A DNA stretch of 64,000 nucleotides from a virus (Duplodnaviria; Caudoviricetes). The notes below the pieces were generated by a model. That model was not told the DNA's origin. It searched no databases and saw only the letters and a list, made by a program, of their open reading frames with translations. Numbering within the stretch: the first letter of the stretch is position 1; each line of letters begins with the position of its first letter. Positions 20,388 to 29,336 of the stretch are shown here, piece after piece. A program made the translations under genes and the position numbers. The DNA lies in IMG/VR virus record IMGVR_UViG_3300009108_000480; one strand, 5' to 3'.

Positions 20388-21519
20388 GGCAACAGCCGTT
20401 TTTGCTTTTGGCCGATTTAATCCTCCCACAATAGGACACCAAAAATTAATTGAACTGGTCCAAGCCCAGGCTAAAAAAGTTAATGGCAAAGGATTTATTT
20501 TTCTATCTCATACACAAAACGCAAAAAAAGATCCACTTTCTTTTAATCAAAAGTTAGCATATCTACGAACTTTAATAAATGATCCAGATTTAGAAATTGG
20601 ACATAGTGAAGCAAATACAGTCATAAAAGCATTACAAGTTATTGAAGCACAAGGCAGAACAAGAGTTATAATGGTTGCTGGTAGTGATAGAGTAATGGAA
20701 TTTGATAAACTGTTAAAACAATATAATGGCAAACCAGATCAAAAAGGCAACGAACTTTATAATTTTGATTTTGTAGATGTTATAAGTGCTGGAGAAAGAG
20801 ATCCAGACGCAGAAGGTATATCAGGTGCTTCGGCATCTAAGGCAAGAGAGTTTGCACAAAACGATGATTTTGCAAATTTTTCTAAAATTGTAATGGGCGG
20901 TACAAAAAGTAAAACAATTTACCAAATGATTCAAAATGCTATGGGTGTAAAAGTTGCAATGAACAACGAAAAGTTGTACAATGAACAAATGGAAAATAAA
21001 CCTATAGTGTATATAGATATGGATGGAGTATTAGCTGATTTCTTTGGAGGCGTGGAAAAACTATATGGCGTAGAACATTGGAAACAATTAACATCAGATA
21101 AAACAAAAGATTTAAAACAAGAAGTAATTAATCGAATTACTGGCACTGACTTTTTTGCAACACTCCCAGAATTTCCAAATGCTGATCAATTAATTACTTT
21201 GGTTAAAAAATTTACTGGAGGTTCGTTTTCTATTCTAACATCACCACTACGGGGTGATCATGAAGTTTCGTCAAAATACAAAAAACTATGGATTGAACAA
21301 CATATTGAAAAACCAGATGAAACTATTATTACTGGAAGAAAAGAATCATACGCAAAAGACAAAGCATCAGGTACACCAAATATACTAATTGACGACAGAC
21401 CAGTTAATATTGAACGTTGGCAAGGGGCAGGCGGATATGGAATTTTATACCAAGCGAATAGAGATCCATTAAGTAAAGTACAACAAGCACTTGACAACTA
21501 TGGACAAAACGATCAATAA
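20350..21519 (+). CDS. HIGH-type nucleotidyltransferase (cytidyltransferase-like) fused to HAD 5'(3')-deoxyribonucleotidase-like domain
   Basis: FGRFNPPTIGH, AGSDR, SASKAR; C-terminal DMDGVLADF, ILTSP, ILIDDR. Confidence 0.85.
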   Translation: MLLKELFLKEDGRATAVFAFGRFNPPTIGHQKLIELVQAQAKKVNGKGFIFLSHTQNAKKDPLSFNQKLAYLRTLINDPDLEIGHSEANTVIKALQVIEAQGRTRVIMVAGSDRVMEFDKLLKQYNGKPDQKGNELYNFDFVDVISAGERDPDAEGISGASASKAREFAQNDDFANFSKIVMGGTKSKTIYQMIQNAMGVKVAMNNEKLYNEQMENKPIVYIDMDGVLADFFGGVEKLYGVEHWKQLTSDKTKDLKQEVINRITGTDFFATLPEFPNADQLITLVKKFTGGSFSILTSPLRGDHEVSSKYKKLWIEQHIEKPDETIITGRKESYAKDKASGTPNILIDDRPVNIERWQGAGGYGILYQANRDPLSKVQQALDNYGQNDQ

Positions 21520-22693
21520 ACATTTCTGCATTCAGCCCTTTATAAACGTAACTACAAGAATTACCGGAAATCACAACGTCTGTTGTAATACTACATTTAA
21601 AGACAGCAATATAAAAAAACAAACTTCATACGATTTTTTTAATTCCGATAAAGTTAAAAAAATGAGAAATGACTTGTTAAATGGTAAAAGATTAGCTGAT
21701 TGCCGTTTATGTCAATATCAAGAAAAAAGTGGACATCATAGTCATAGACAAAAATATAATGAATACTATTTTATTAAAAACAAACAATCCTCTGATTATT
21801 ATAAAAATATTGTAGAAAAATTACATATTAATACTTTGCAAAGACCTTTATATGTTGATATACATATTAGTAACCTATGCAATTTAAAATGTTTAACTTG
21901 CAACGAACGTGATAGCAGTATGTTTCATGCTGAAAACAAAATATTAGGTATTAGTGAGGCTCCTAACACAAATTATACAAAATTTGTAGTAGATACTGTT
22001 GATGCAATTAAGGAAATAATACATCCAAGATTATTGTTTTTAGATATACGAGGTGGAGAAACTTTAATGGTTCCCGAAATAAAAAAAGTCTTATCTACTA
22101 TTCCTAACGATATTGCAAAAAATATTACTTTAAAAATACAAACAAATGGAACAATCTTTCCTGATAAAACCTGGGTATCAATATTCAAAAAATTTAAAAA
22201 TACCAAAGTAAATGTAAGTATCGATGCATATAAAGATGCTAACACTTACATAAGATATCCTTCCGATTGGCAAAAAATATTAAACACAATAGAATATTTA
22301 AAACAACAAAATATTAAATTTATTATAAACACAGTAGTATCTAATCTTAATATATTAAAACTAGACAAATTGCTTAACTGGATAAAAGAAAAAAAATATT
22401 TAAATTACTTCTATATACTAGATGCTCCATTACATTATAGACCTACAAATTTACCAAAACAAATCTTAAAATTAGCAGGTAAACGATTATCTAATATAAG
22501 CAAAGACTTTACTAACAAAGAAATAACTAAAGCAATTGATCAATTAATAGATATGTGCTATAACACAAATAACTTTAACATTAAAAATTGGCAAACATTT
22601 TGCAAAGAAGTACATATAAGAGATAAACATCGAAACAATAATATATTAAATACATTACCCGAACTAGAAGGACATCTTAATGCCAAAATTTGA
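21491..22693 (+). CDS. Radical SAM protein with N-terminal SPASM/twitch-like domain
   Basis: CIQPF...VCC, CxxC, CNLKCLTC, GGET. Confidence 0.85.
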   Translation: MTTMDKTINKHFCIQPFINVTTRITGNHNVCCNTTFKDSNIKKQTSYDFFNSDKVKKMRNDLLNGKRLADCRLCQYQEKSGHHSHRQKYNEYYFIKNKQSSDYYKNIVEKLHINTLQRPLYVDIHISNLCNLKCLTCNERDSSMFHAENKILGISEAPNTNYTKFVVDTVDAIKEIIHPRLLFLDIRGGETLMVPEIKKVLSTIPNDIAKNITLKIQTNGTIFPDKTWVSIFKKFKNTKVNVSIDAYKDANTYIRYPSDWQKILNTIEYLKQQNIKFIINTVVSNLNILKLDKLLNWIKEKKYLNYFYILDAPLHYRPTNLPKQILKLAGKRLSNISKDFTNKEITKAIDQLIDMCYNTNNFNIKNWQTFCKEVHIRDKHRNNNILNTLPELEGHLNAKI

Positions 22694-22850
22694 AGGAATC
22701 AATAAAAATTATTCATCCGATAAAGAATATAAAAAATCAACACAAGAAGAACGTGATCGTATGATGAAAGAATTTCTTGCCAAAGGTGGCAAAATACAAA
22801 AAATACCTTCTAAAGTAACAAAACAAATGATAGAAAAGGGTAAGTTTTAA
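22680..22850 (+). CDS. 56-aa protein with SutA RNAP-binding-like motif (not in ORF track)
   Basis: My translation: MPKFEGINKNYSSDKEYKKSTQEERDRMMKEFLAKGGKIQKIPSKVTKQMIEKGKF; fills gap exactly. Confidence 0.65.
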   Translation: MPKFEGINKNYSSDKEYKKSTQEERDRMMKEFLAKGGKIQKIPSKVTKQMIEKGKF

Positions 22851-22881
22851 AAGCATCTACCTAAAAATAAATACTGATATA

Positions 22882-23427
22882 ATGAATATCAGGAACCTAA
22901 TTAACCAAATTGACCAAATAGAAGAGACTAAAGCACACTATATACAGTCTAAACTACCCTATGGTCTTACAGATCTAGTGCCTGTAATGAGTAAGGACAC
23001 ACTAGACTATCATTATGGCAAACTATATAAAGGCTATGTAGATAAAGCTAACAAAAGTGAGGGCGGTGACTTCCAAATAGCAGGTGCATTCTTACACAGT
23101 TTATATTTTCCTCAATTTAAAGCTCCTGCAGGAGCTAACAGGCCAACTGGTGTTTCTAACGAATTTATAAATGATTTTGACAAGTTTAAAGAAGAATTTA
23201 CAAAAGCGGCAATGGGCATCCAAGGTTCAGGTTGGATCTATATGGATACAAGTGGTACAATTAAAACAATTAAAAATCATAAAGTTGTAAAAAATATTGC
23301 ACTATTAGTCGACTGGTGGGAACACGCATGGGCACTTGACTATCAAGCTGACAAGACAAAGTACCTAGTAAATACTTGGAAGATAATAAATTGGGACGTA
23401 GTTAACGATAGGATTAACGCAAAATGA
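22882..23427 (+). CDS. sod: Fe/Mn superoxide dismutase
   Basis: LPYG..DLVP.MS..TLDYH, LHSLYF, GIQGSGW, DWWEHAW; all four metal ligands appear present. Confidence 0.9.
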   Translation: MNIRNLINQIDQIEETKAHYIQSKLPYGLTDLVPVMSKDTLDYHYGKLYKGYVDKANKSEGGDFQIAGAFLHSLYFPQFKAPAGANRPTGVSNEFINDFDKFKEEFTKAAMGIQGSGWIYMDTSGTIKTIKNHKVVKNIALLVDWWEHAWALDYQADKTKYLVNTWKIINWDVVNDRINAK

Positions 23428-24032
23428 GAGCAAATGAATTTTTAGAAGGTCCACATGATCCTTATCAGTATAAAGCAATATTTTTTGCTGGCTCCCCAGG
23501 TGCAGGTAAAACATATGTTGCTAGAAAATTAGCAGGTGTATTCCAAGGATTAAAACAAGTGAACATGGATATTATTTTTAAACATCTTATGACAAGAAAA
23601 AACTTATCATGGAAAATGCCTCCAGAAGAAGAACCTGAACGAGAAAAACAAAGACAAAGATCAAAAGAATTAGTTACTAAACAACAACAATCATTATCTG
23701 ACAGTGGATTGGGTTTGCTAATAGATTCTACAGGTAGAATAGCTGGAACTGTTAGACGTATTAAAGACGAGTTAGAAGATAAAGGATATGAAACAACAAT
23801 GATATTTGTAACCACAGATTTACAAACTGCTTTACGCAGAAATAAAGAAAGAGAACGTACACTACCAGATAAACTTATACATCAAAATTTTGATATTATA
23901 GACCAAAGGTTGGGAGAATATCAACGTATGTTTAATGACGTACACGTTATTAATAATTCTGATATTGAACAAGATTCAATGCCTAAACAACTTGTACAAG
24001 TTGAAAAAAATATAAGGAAATTTTTACAATGA
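23424..24032 (+). CDS. P-loop kinase (zeta toxin/AAA_33-like)
   Basis: FFAGSPGAGKT, LLIDST, ALRRNKERERT lid. Confidence 0.75.
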   Translation: MRANEFLEGPHDPYQYKAIFFAGSPGAGKTYVARKLAGVFQGLKQVNMDIIFKHLMTRKNLSWKMPPEEEPEREKQRQRSKELVTKQQQSLSDSGLGLLIDSTGRIAGTVRRIKDELEDKGYETTMIFVTTDLQTALRRNKERERTLPDKLIHQNFDIIDQRLGEYQRMFNDVHVINNSDIEQDSMPKQLVQVEKNIRKFLQ

Positions 24033-24277
24033 AAAAACTATTATGGCCATTAATAATGTTAAAGAATATAGTAGATCCTAATTACTGGGCAAATAAAATA
24101 GGCAATAAAACAGGTGCATATGATAAAGCACATAACAGTAAACTTGCACAATGGTCGCGTAGCCTTACAGGATGGAAATGGTGGGCATGGCAAATAGGTG
24201 GTGGTTTAGTATTTGTTGTTGTAATAGAGATGTTATTAAATTTTATAGGCCTTAGTATGTTGCCATGGAGATGGTAG
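24029..24277 (+). CDS. Small membrane protein
   Basis: C-terminal TM helix, Trp-rich. Confidence 0.55.
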   Translation: MKKLLWPLIMLKNIVDPNYWANKIGNKTGAYDKAHNSKLAQWSRSLTGWKWWAWQIGGGLVFVVVIEMLLNFIGLSMLPWRW

Positions 24278-24649
24278 ATGAAAAAACTGTTACTAACTTT
24301 ATTTTTTATATTATTTGCGTTTCCAGTATACGCATTAGAATTATTAATGGCACATAATCCTGCTTGTCATATTTGTGAAAGATTTATTAACGAAGTTGCA
24401 GTAGACTACAATGATTCTGATATAGCTAAAAAGCTACCATTGATAATTATTAGTGTATATGCACAACCCGAGTGGTTTAAACAAGCATATGCTGAAAATA
24501 GAATTAAAAAAATTAGAGGAACACCTACGTTTATAATATGGAATGGTAGAAAAGAATTAGGTAGAATTGTAGGATATCAAAGTAAAGGAAGATTTTACAG
24601 TAGACTTACAGAATTATTTCCTAAAGACTACTTTGAGGAGAAACAATGA
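24278..24649 (+). CDS. Secreted thioredoxin-fold protein (SoxS-like)
   Basis: Signal peptide, CHIC, GTPTF cis-Pro loop, ELGRIVGY. Confidence 0.75.
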   Translation: MKKLLLTLFFILFAFPVYALELLMAHNPACHICERFINEVAVDYNDSDIAKKLPLIIISVYAQPEWFKQAYAENRIKKIRGTPTFIIWNGRKELGRIVGYQSKGRFYSRLTELFPKDYFEEKQ

Positions 24650-24894
24650 AAATAAATGAAATCATGGGTGAATGGGTAATAATGCCTCAGTCAATTAAAC
24701 CTATGGGTTTAATACGCAAAAAAGGTACTGGTCCAAATAATAGATTTGATTTTAAAAACAAATACAACAACAAAGCAAACGAAGTTGAAAAAGAAGATGC
24801 CATGGGCGTCGGTACTATTACAAAACAAAACACTACAAAAGATGTTAAACCGGGCGAAACACAACGACAATTAAAAAAATTACACCTTAGATAA
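24646..24894 (+). CDS. Small protein with capsid-targeting-like N-terminus
   Basis: MKINEIMGE. Confidence 0.55.
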   Translation: MKINEIMGEWVIMPQSIKPMGLIRKKGTGPNNRFDFKNKYNNKANEVEKEDAMGVGTITKQNTTKDVKPGETQRQLKKLHLR

Positions 24895-24911
24895 TCCAAA
24901 TAATTACACAT

Positions 24912-25598
24912 ATGCGATATATTTTATGCGTTAGTTTTAAATATAAACCTTATAAAAAAACTTGTAATGTCCAAATATTTTCAAATAATTGTATGTTAGA
25001 TGACTTTGAATTACAAAACAAAAAAGTACATCTAAGATATATTGAATTAGACGAAAATGCAATTGGTAACGACTTAACTTTTAAAATTTATAACGATGAT
25101 AACAACTACTCAAATGGCTTCATGACAAAATGGGCCAAAATAAAAATACATAATGTTGTATTACTACCTAAAGCTCTGTTTAATGTAAACAAAATGAAAT
25201 TAATTAAAAATAGATTAAAATTAAAATGGCGTAGAATTATGGGAGAAGAAACGTGGCATCAAATTAATTGGCAAACCGATTCAAAAATATTTCCTCTACC
25301 TGATAGGGAAAAATCACATAAATTACAAAAGTCACATAAATGGCAAATTTATTGGCCCGGTTGTAGATACCCTTATATTAAAAGCAAACTACATGATAAA
25401 GTATTTGAAAATTACTATAATAAATGGATTGGAGAATCTTGCCAAATTATAATGAAAGTAATTAAAAAACACAATTTGCTTATTTTTGTGCCTCCAGCTA
25501 CAAAACGTTTAATAGGTTATTTTTCTATTGCTAGTCTATTAGGCATCACTCCATACATAAATATATATAATGAAAATAAACGAAGTCATAATGCGTGA
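24912..25598 (+). CDS. Hypothetical protein
   Basis: 228-aa ORF, no motif recognised. Confidence 0.55.
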   Translation: MRYILCVSFKYKPYKKTCNVQIFSNNCMLDDFELQNKKVHLRYIELDENAIGNDLTFKIYNDDNNYSNGFMTKWAKIKIHNVVLLPKALFNVNKMKLIKNRLKLKWRRIMGEETWHQINWQTDSKIFPLPDREKSHKLQKSHKWQIYWPGCRYPYIKSKLHDKVFENYYNKWIGESCQIIMKVIKKHNLLIFVPPATKRLIGYFSIASLLGITPYINIYNENKRSHNA

Positions 25599-25851
25599 AT
25601 ATGCAACTGCGGGCGCCACTTCGGCTGGCAATATAGCGGCAGTTGTAAGTCCACATATAGCTATAGGTAAAGACCGTGGCAATAAAGCATATACAGGTAC
25701 ACCAGGACGTTCAGGTACTAAAGCACCAAGACTACCTAAAATAGTACAACCCAAAAATCCAGACGGTTCAGCCAAAGGTGCACAAACAGGCAAACTAGGA
25801 AAAGATGTTAGCTTGTTTGGTGGACCATTGGTTAAGAGGAGTTACCCATAA
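25570..25851 (+). CDS. Small Gly/Ala/Lys-rich protein with capsid-targeting-like N-terminus
   Basis: MKINEVIMRE; TAAATA 6 nt before ATG. Confidence 0.6.
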   Translation: MKINEVIMREYATAGATSAGNIAAVVSPHIAIGKDRGNKAYTGTPGRSGTKAPRLPKIVQPKNPDGSAKGAQTGKLGKDVSLFGGPLVKRSYP

Positions 25852-26258
25852 TGAGAGCACAAGAATTTACAGAAGGTGCAGATTTTTTAGGATACAAATA
25901 TAATGCTCCTACAAGAACATGGGAATTTCCAGATGGTTTTGAAACGCAAACTGGACATTTAAGTAATCATAGTGTAAGGGAAATTCTAGACGCATTAGGA
26001 TTAGATTCAAATTTTGAGGACGCAGGTCCAATTGAAGTAGACAAATTTATAAACATATCTACTGCATGGTTAAAGAAAAATCTTGACAAACCATCAGCAG
26101 ATGTTCCAACAACAGTTGATAAATCCGGAGGCGGAGCAACTATGATAAGTGGTGGCAGACCTGAGGGTTGGATAAACAAAATGGTTATGACATTTAATAA
26201 AGAAGCAAGAAGAATTAAACAAGCACACCCAGATTTAACACACGTGGCATTTGCATAA
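25851..26258 (+). CDS. Hypothetical protein with capsid-targeting-like N-terminus
   Basis: MRAQEFTEG; TAATG coupling. Confidence 0.6.
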   Translation: MRAQEFTEGADFLGYKYNAPTRTWEFPDGFETQTGHLSNHSVREILDALGLDSNFEDAGPIEVDKFINISTAWLKKNLDKPSADVPTTVDKSGGGATMISGGRPEGWINKMVMTFNKEARRIKQAHPDLTHVAFA

Positions 26259-28201
26259 TGAGATTAAAAGAAATTAACAAACCTATAAAAGAATATCGAA
26301 ACGTAGTTATTCCAAAAGATGAGGCACATTATAGAGAACTGATGAAACATCTCCAAGACATGGAATTAGATCCTGTGAATAGACGTGATGAAAAACTTAT
26401 GGCAGAAATACGAAGAAGAAGAATGGAACTAAGAAACTGGGCAGAAAAAAATATAAAAAGAGAATCACAACCTGATGTAGGTGCCGAAAGAGCAGATGCG
26501 GCTAGAGGTATGTGGGCATCAAGTAAAGAAATACAATCAAGATTTAAAACTTGGCAAGACTTTATGAATTCAGAAGATTTTGATGAATGGTTAGATGACA
26601 AGTTTAGAGAAGACATGATTCCAAATAATATGCCGGGTAATATTGGTGACTATGCTCATGAAAAATCTACAGGTAAACTTGTAAGAATAGTTGACTATAC
26701 AGATGACGATGAAGGCATTTACACAATATCTTACGGTGAGGGTCAAGGCGAAACAGATGTGACTGCAGGAGATTTAGAATTTATAGATCCAACTGTACAT
26801 CAAGACTTAGATGACAAAATATTAGACAAAGAAGTTGATGAAGGCTTTATAGGAAAGAAACCAGAATACACTGATTTTTTACAAAACAAATTAGAAAAAG
26901 CTATGCAAGAATACGATACCCCAGAAAAAAAAGCACAACGTGATGCGTTGATGAAACAATATCTTGCTAAAGGTGGTTCAGTTGAAAAAATACCAGCTGG
27001 TCAAAAAGCATTTGTTGGTAAAAAGTTAAAACCAGCATATAGAAAAGATAACGGAACACCTATTACAAGTCCAGGAAGTGATGAATCAGTAAAAGAATTA
27101 GATGACAAAGAAAGAACTATCTCTACTATCAAACACAGTTCTGATAAGGATGTTGCGTTTTTTGACAAGATGATGAAACGATATGGACCTAAACTGATGG
27201 AACTGATAATCGATTATAGTCATATCAACAATGATCAAAAAAAGGCAGAAAAATTAAAAAAATGGGGTAGGGAGGATGATGTATACTTGTCAGACTACTA
27301 CAATCAACTGTTTCATGTAGACGAAGACCTTATTAGTATGCTCATGTCAGCGGCAGATAACAATCCTAAATTAATAGATTTCTTCTATGACAAAGTGGAA
27401 CAGGCCAAAAAGGCAGGACAGTTTGCAAAAACTTCAAGGTTACCAGATCCTGACCAGACAGAAGAATCAGCAGTACAAGAAGACGCACCATTTGATGGAA
27501 AAGGTATATTACAAAGAGCAGTTTTTAATAAATGGATATCAGCAGAAGAATGGTATCATTTAAAAGATGAATGGCAAGATGCGGCTCGAGAATTAGAACA
27601 AAGATATAGTGATTGGCCAGACGGAGAAGGGTTTGGATCATCGGATCATAATTTTGCAATTAGAGATTTAATGAGTATAGTAGGATACGAATTTGATGAC
27701 CAAGACACTAGTGGTAAATTTGTTGTAACTAAAATGCCAGAGAAATTAGAAAAATTAGGTATAACAAACGTAAGAATGAAAGGCGAACCTGTTGCAACAG
27801 AGGCAGAGCAAAATGAAGATACAGAAGCAACTTTATTAGGTAAAGCTGAAGCTTCTTTAATGCACGGATTAGAAATGGCCCAGGCTGTACTTAAAAAAAA
27901 TTATGGCATGGCAGAAGTTCAGGCTAAAGTTATTTCAGAAAATTGGCCACCTTTAATTGATAAAATTAAAAATGTATACAAAACAACCGAACAAAATCAA
28001 GATGGTTTACAACCAGTTGATTTAAAAAGATTAGGTCAAACAGAACCTAAAATATATGTTCATAAAGATGGCAAAACAATAATGATACCAAAAAGAAAGC
28101 ACAACGAGTATCTTGCGAAAGGATGGAAAAAATCGGCATTAAGGGCTGAGACTTCATACGAGTCAAAACTTGCCGAAATGTTAAAACAACGTCTTAAATA
28201 A
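26258..28201 (+). CDS. Large acidic mosaic protein, candidate internal head protein, with SutA-like motif
   Basis: MRLKEI start; QRDALMKQYLAKGGSVEKIP; short domains joined by Glu-rich linkers. Confidence 0.6.
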   Translation: MRLKEINKPIKEYRNVVIPKDEAHYRELMKHLQDMELDPVNRRDEKLMAEIRRRRMELRNWAEKNIKRESQPDVGAERADAARGMWASSKEIQSRFKTWQDFMNSEDFDEWLDDKFREDMIPNNMPGNIGDYAHEKSTGKLVRIVDYTDDDEGIYTISYGEGQGETDVTAGDLEFIDPTVHQDLDDKILDKEVDEGFIGKKPEYTDFLQNKLEKAMQEYDTPEKKAQRDALMKQYLAKGGSVEKIPAGQKAFVGKKLKPAYRKDNGTPITSPGSDESVKELDDKERTISTIKHSSDKDVAFFDKMMKRYGPKLMELIIDYSHINNDQKKAEKLKKWGREDDVYLSDYYNQLFHVDEDLISMLMSAADNNPKLIDFFYDKVEQAKKAGQFAKTSRLPDPDQTEESAVQEDAPFDGKGILQRAVFNKWISAEEWYHLKDEWQDAARELEQRYSDWPDGEGFGSSDHNFAIRDLMSIVGYEFDDQDTSGKFVVTKMPEKLEKLGITNVRMKGEPVATEAEQNEDTEATLLGKAEASLMHGLEMAQAVLKKNYGMAEVQAKVISENWPPLIDKIKNVYKTTEQNQDGLQPVDLKRLGQTEPKIYVHKDGKTIMIPKRKHNEYLAKGWKKSALRAETSYESKLAEMLKQRLK

Positions 28202-28213
28202 TCACGAATCTAT

Positions 28214-28221
28214 TATAAATA
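28214..28221 (+). promoter_or_regulatory. T4-type late promoter (TATAAATA)
   Basis: Exact T4 late consensus; TAAATA core recurs at similar distance before at least 13 genes. Confidence 0.7.
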
Positions 28222-28227
28222 TTCAAT

Positions 28228-29061
28228 ATGGCACGTAAAAAACCTTACACAGATAATTTTGCAGACTTGGTTGCTCGTTTGAACGCAATGAGCAATATGA
28301 CTCCTGAACAAGAACGAAAATCTTTGTTGGAATCCGCTAGTGCTGAACCAAGACTATTAGATGAAAAAGATGTTAGCCTAGCAGATATTGCCAAATTAGC
28401 TGGAATTAAAGAATACGTTGATCCAGTAAAAGTTTCTAAAAAAGCAAAAAAATTAGTTGAGGAAATTACCAAACCAGAACCAACATCTAGTATTACTAAA
28501 GCAATAAAAGAATCCGATGCTGATGATTCAATATCAGCAGGTATTAAAAAAGCAGTAACAGAAGAAACTAAAAGATTAGACAAAATTACAGAGCTTGAAT
28601 CACAATTGGCAGAATTAAAAGCACAAGAAAAAGAAGATGCAACTTTAGATGATAAAACATTTAGAGAAAGATTTGTTTCAGAAATAACTGAGTACGTAAA
28701 AAAAGCCGAAGGAACTGAATTAGCAGAACTTTACAATAAGTTTTCAATGAATGAAGTAGAGTTACAAGAAAAAAACTTCTTAATTAAAACACCAGAAACA
28801 AAAGAAGTTATTGCTGATGCAGAGGCAAAAGAAGCAGAAGCTAACGCAGAAGTTGTACAAGAAAAAGAACCTAAAGCAGAAGAACCAGCAATCGAAGAAC
28901 CAGCAATCGAAGAACCAGCAATCGAAGAACCAGCAATCGAAGAACCAGCTGTGGAAATGGATGCTGTTCAACCAGAAGTAGAAATTCCAACAAAAGACAA
29001 ATTTACAAACGACTTGGATCCTGCACCAAAGGCTCCAAAAACTGAATCTACGAAAAAATAA
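28228..29061 (+). CDS. Acidic coiled-coil protein with EEPAI repeats, possible head core/scaffold-like protein
   Basis: Perfect TATAAATA (28214-28221) 6 nt before ATG; Glu/Ala/Lys-rich. Confidence 0.5.
   Translation: MARKKPYTDNFADLVARLNAMSNMTPEQERKSLLESASAEPRLLDEKDVSLADIAKLAGIKEYVDPVKVSKKAKKLVEEITKPEPTSSITKAIKESDADDSISAGIKKAVTEETKRLDKITELESQLAELKAQEKEDATLDDKTFRERFVSEITEYVKKAEGTELAELYNKFSMNEVELQEKNFLIKTPETKEVIADAEAKEAEANAEVVQEKEPKAEEPAIEEPAIEEPAIEEPAIEEPAVEMDAVQPEVEIPTKDKFTNDLDPAPKAPKTESTKK
28879..28953 (+). repeat. Coding 15-bp tandem repeat GAAGAACCAGCAATC, 4 perfect copies plus 1 degenerate
   Basis: Directly visible; encodes (EEPAI)4 EEPAV. Confidence 0.95.
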
Positions 29062-29080
29062 TTTCCAATAAATACCTAGT

Positions 29081-29326
29081 ATGTCTGAACTAGAACAACA
29101 TTTACCTTACAACTATAAACAATATCTCGATGATGTTACCAAAATGCGTCAAAGAGGACATATTGCTACAGGTGAACAAACAGCACATCCACAATCAGCA
29201 GGTTCTAGAGGATTAGCAAAGGCTGAAGATTTTATAAATTCTCCAAATCAAATAATGAAGGATAACGACATTACTGAAGTAAATCCTGAATTAGCACGTA
29301 TCAAAAAATTATCTGGTTTAATCTAA
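29081..29326 (+). CDS. Hypothetical protein
   Basis: TAAATA 6 nt before ATG; ends ELARIKKLSGLI. Confidence 0.6.
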   Translation: MSELEQHLPYNYKQYLDDVTKMRQRGHIATGEQTAHPQSAGSRGLAKAEDFINSPNQIMKDNDITEVNPELARIKKLSGLI

Positions 29327-29336
29327 AAAAAACCAT

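Noticed and set aside
23424-24032. Zeta toxin-antitoxin module
   Set aside because: Only the general P-loop kinase fold is supported; no antitoxin-like neighbour, and context points to a packaged protein.
28879-28953. 15-bp repeats as a CRISPR array
   Set aside because: No spacers, unit too short, in frame within a CDS, no cas genes.
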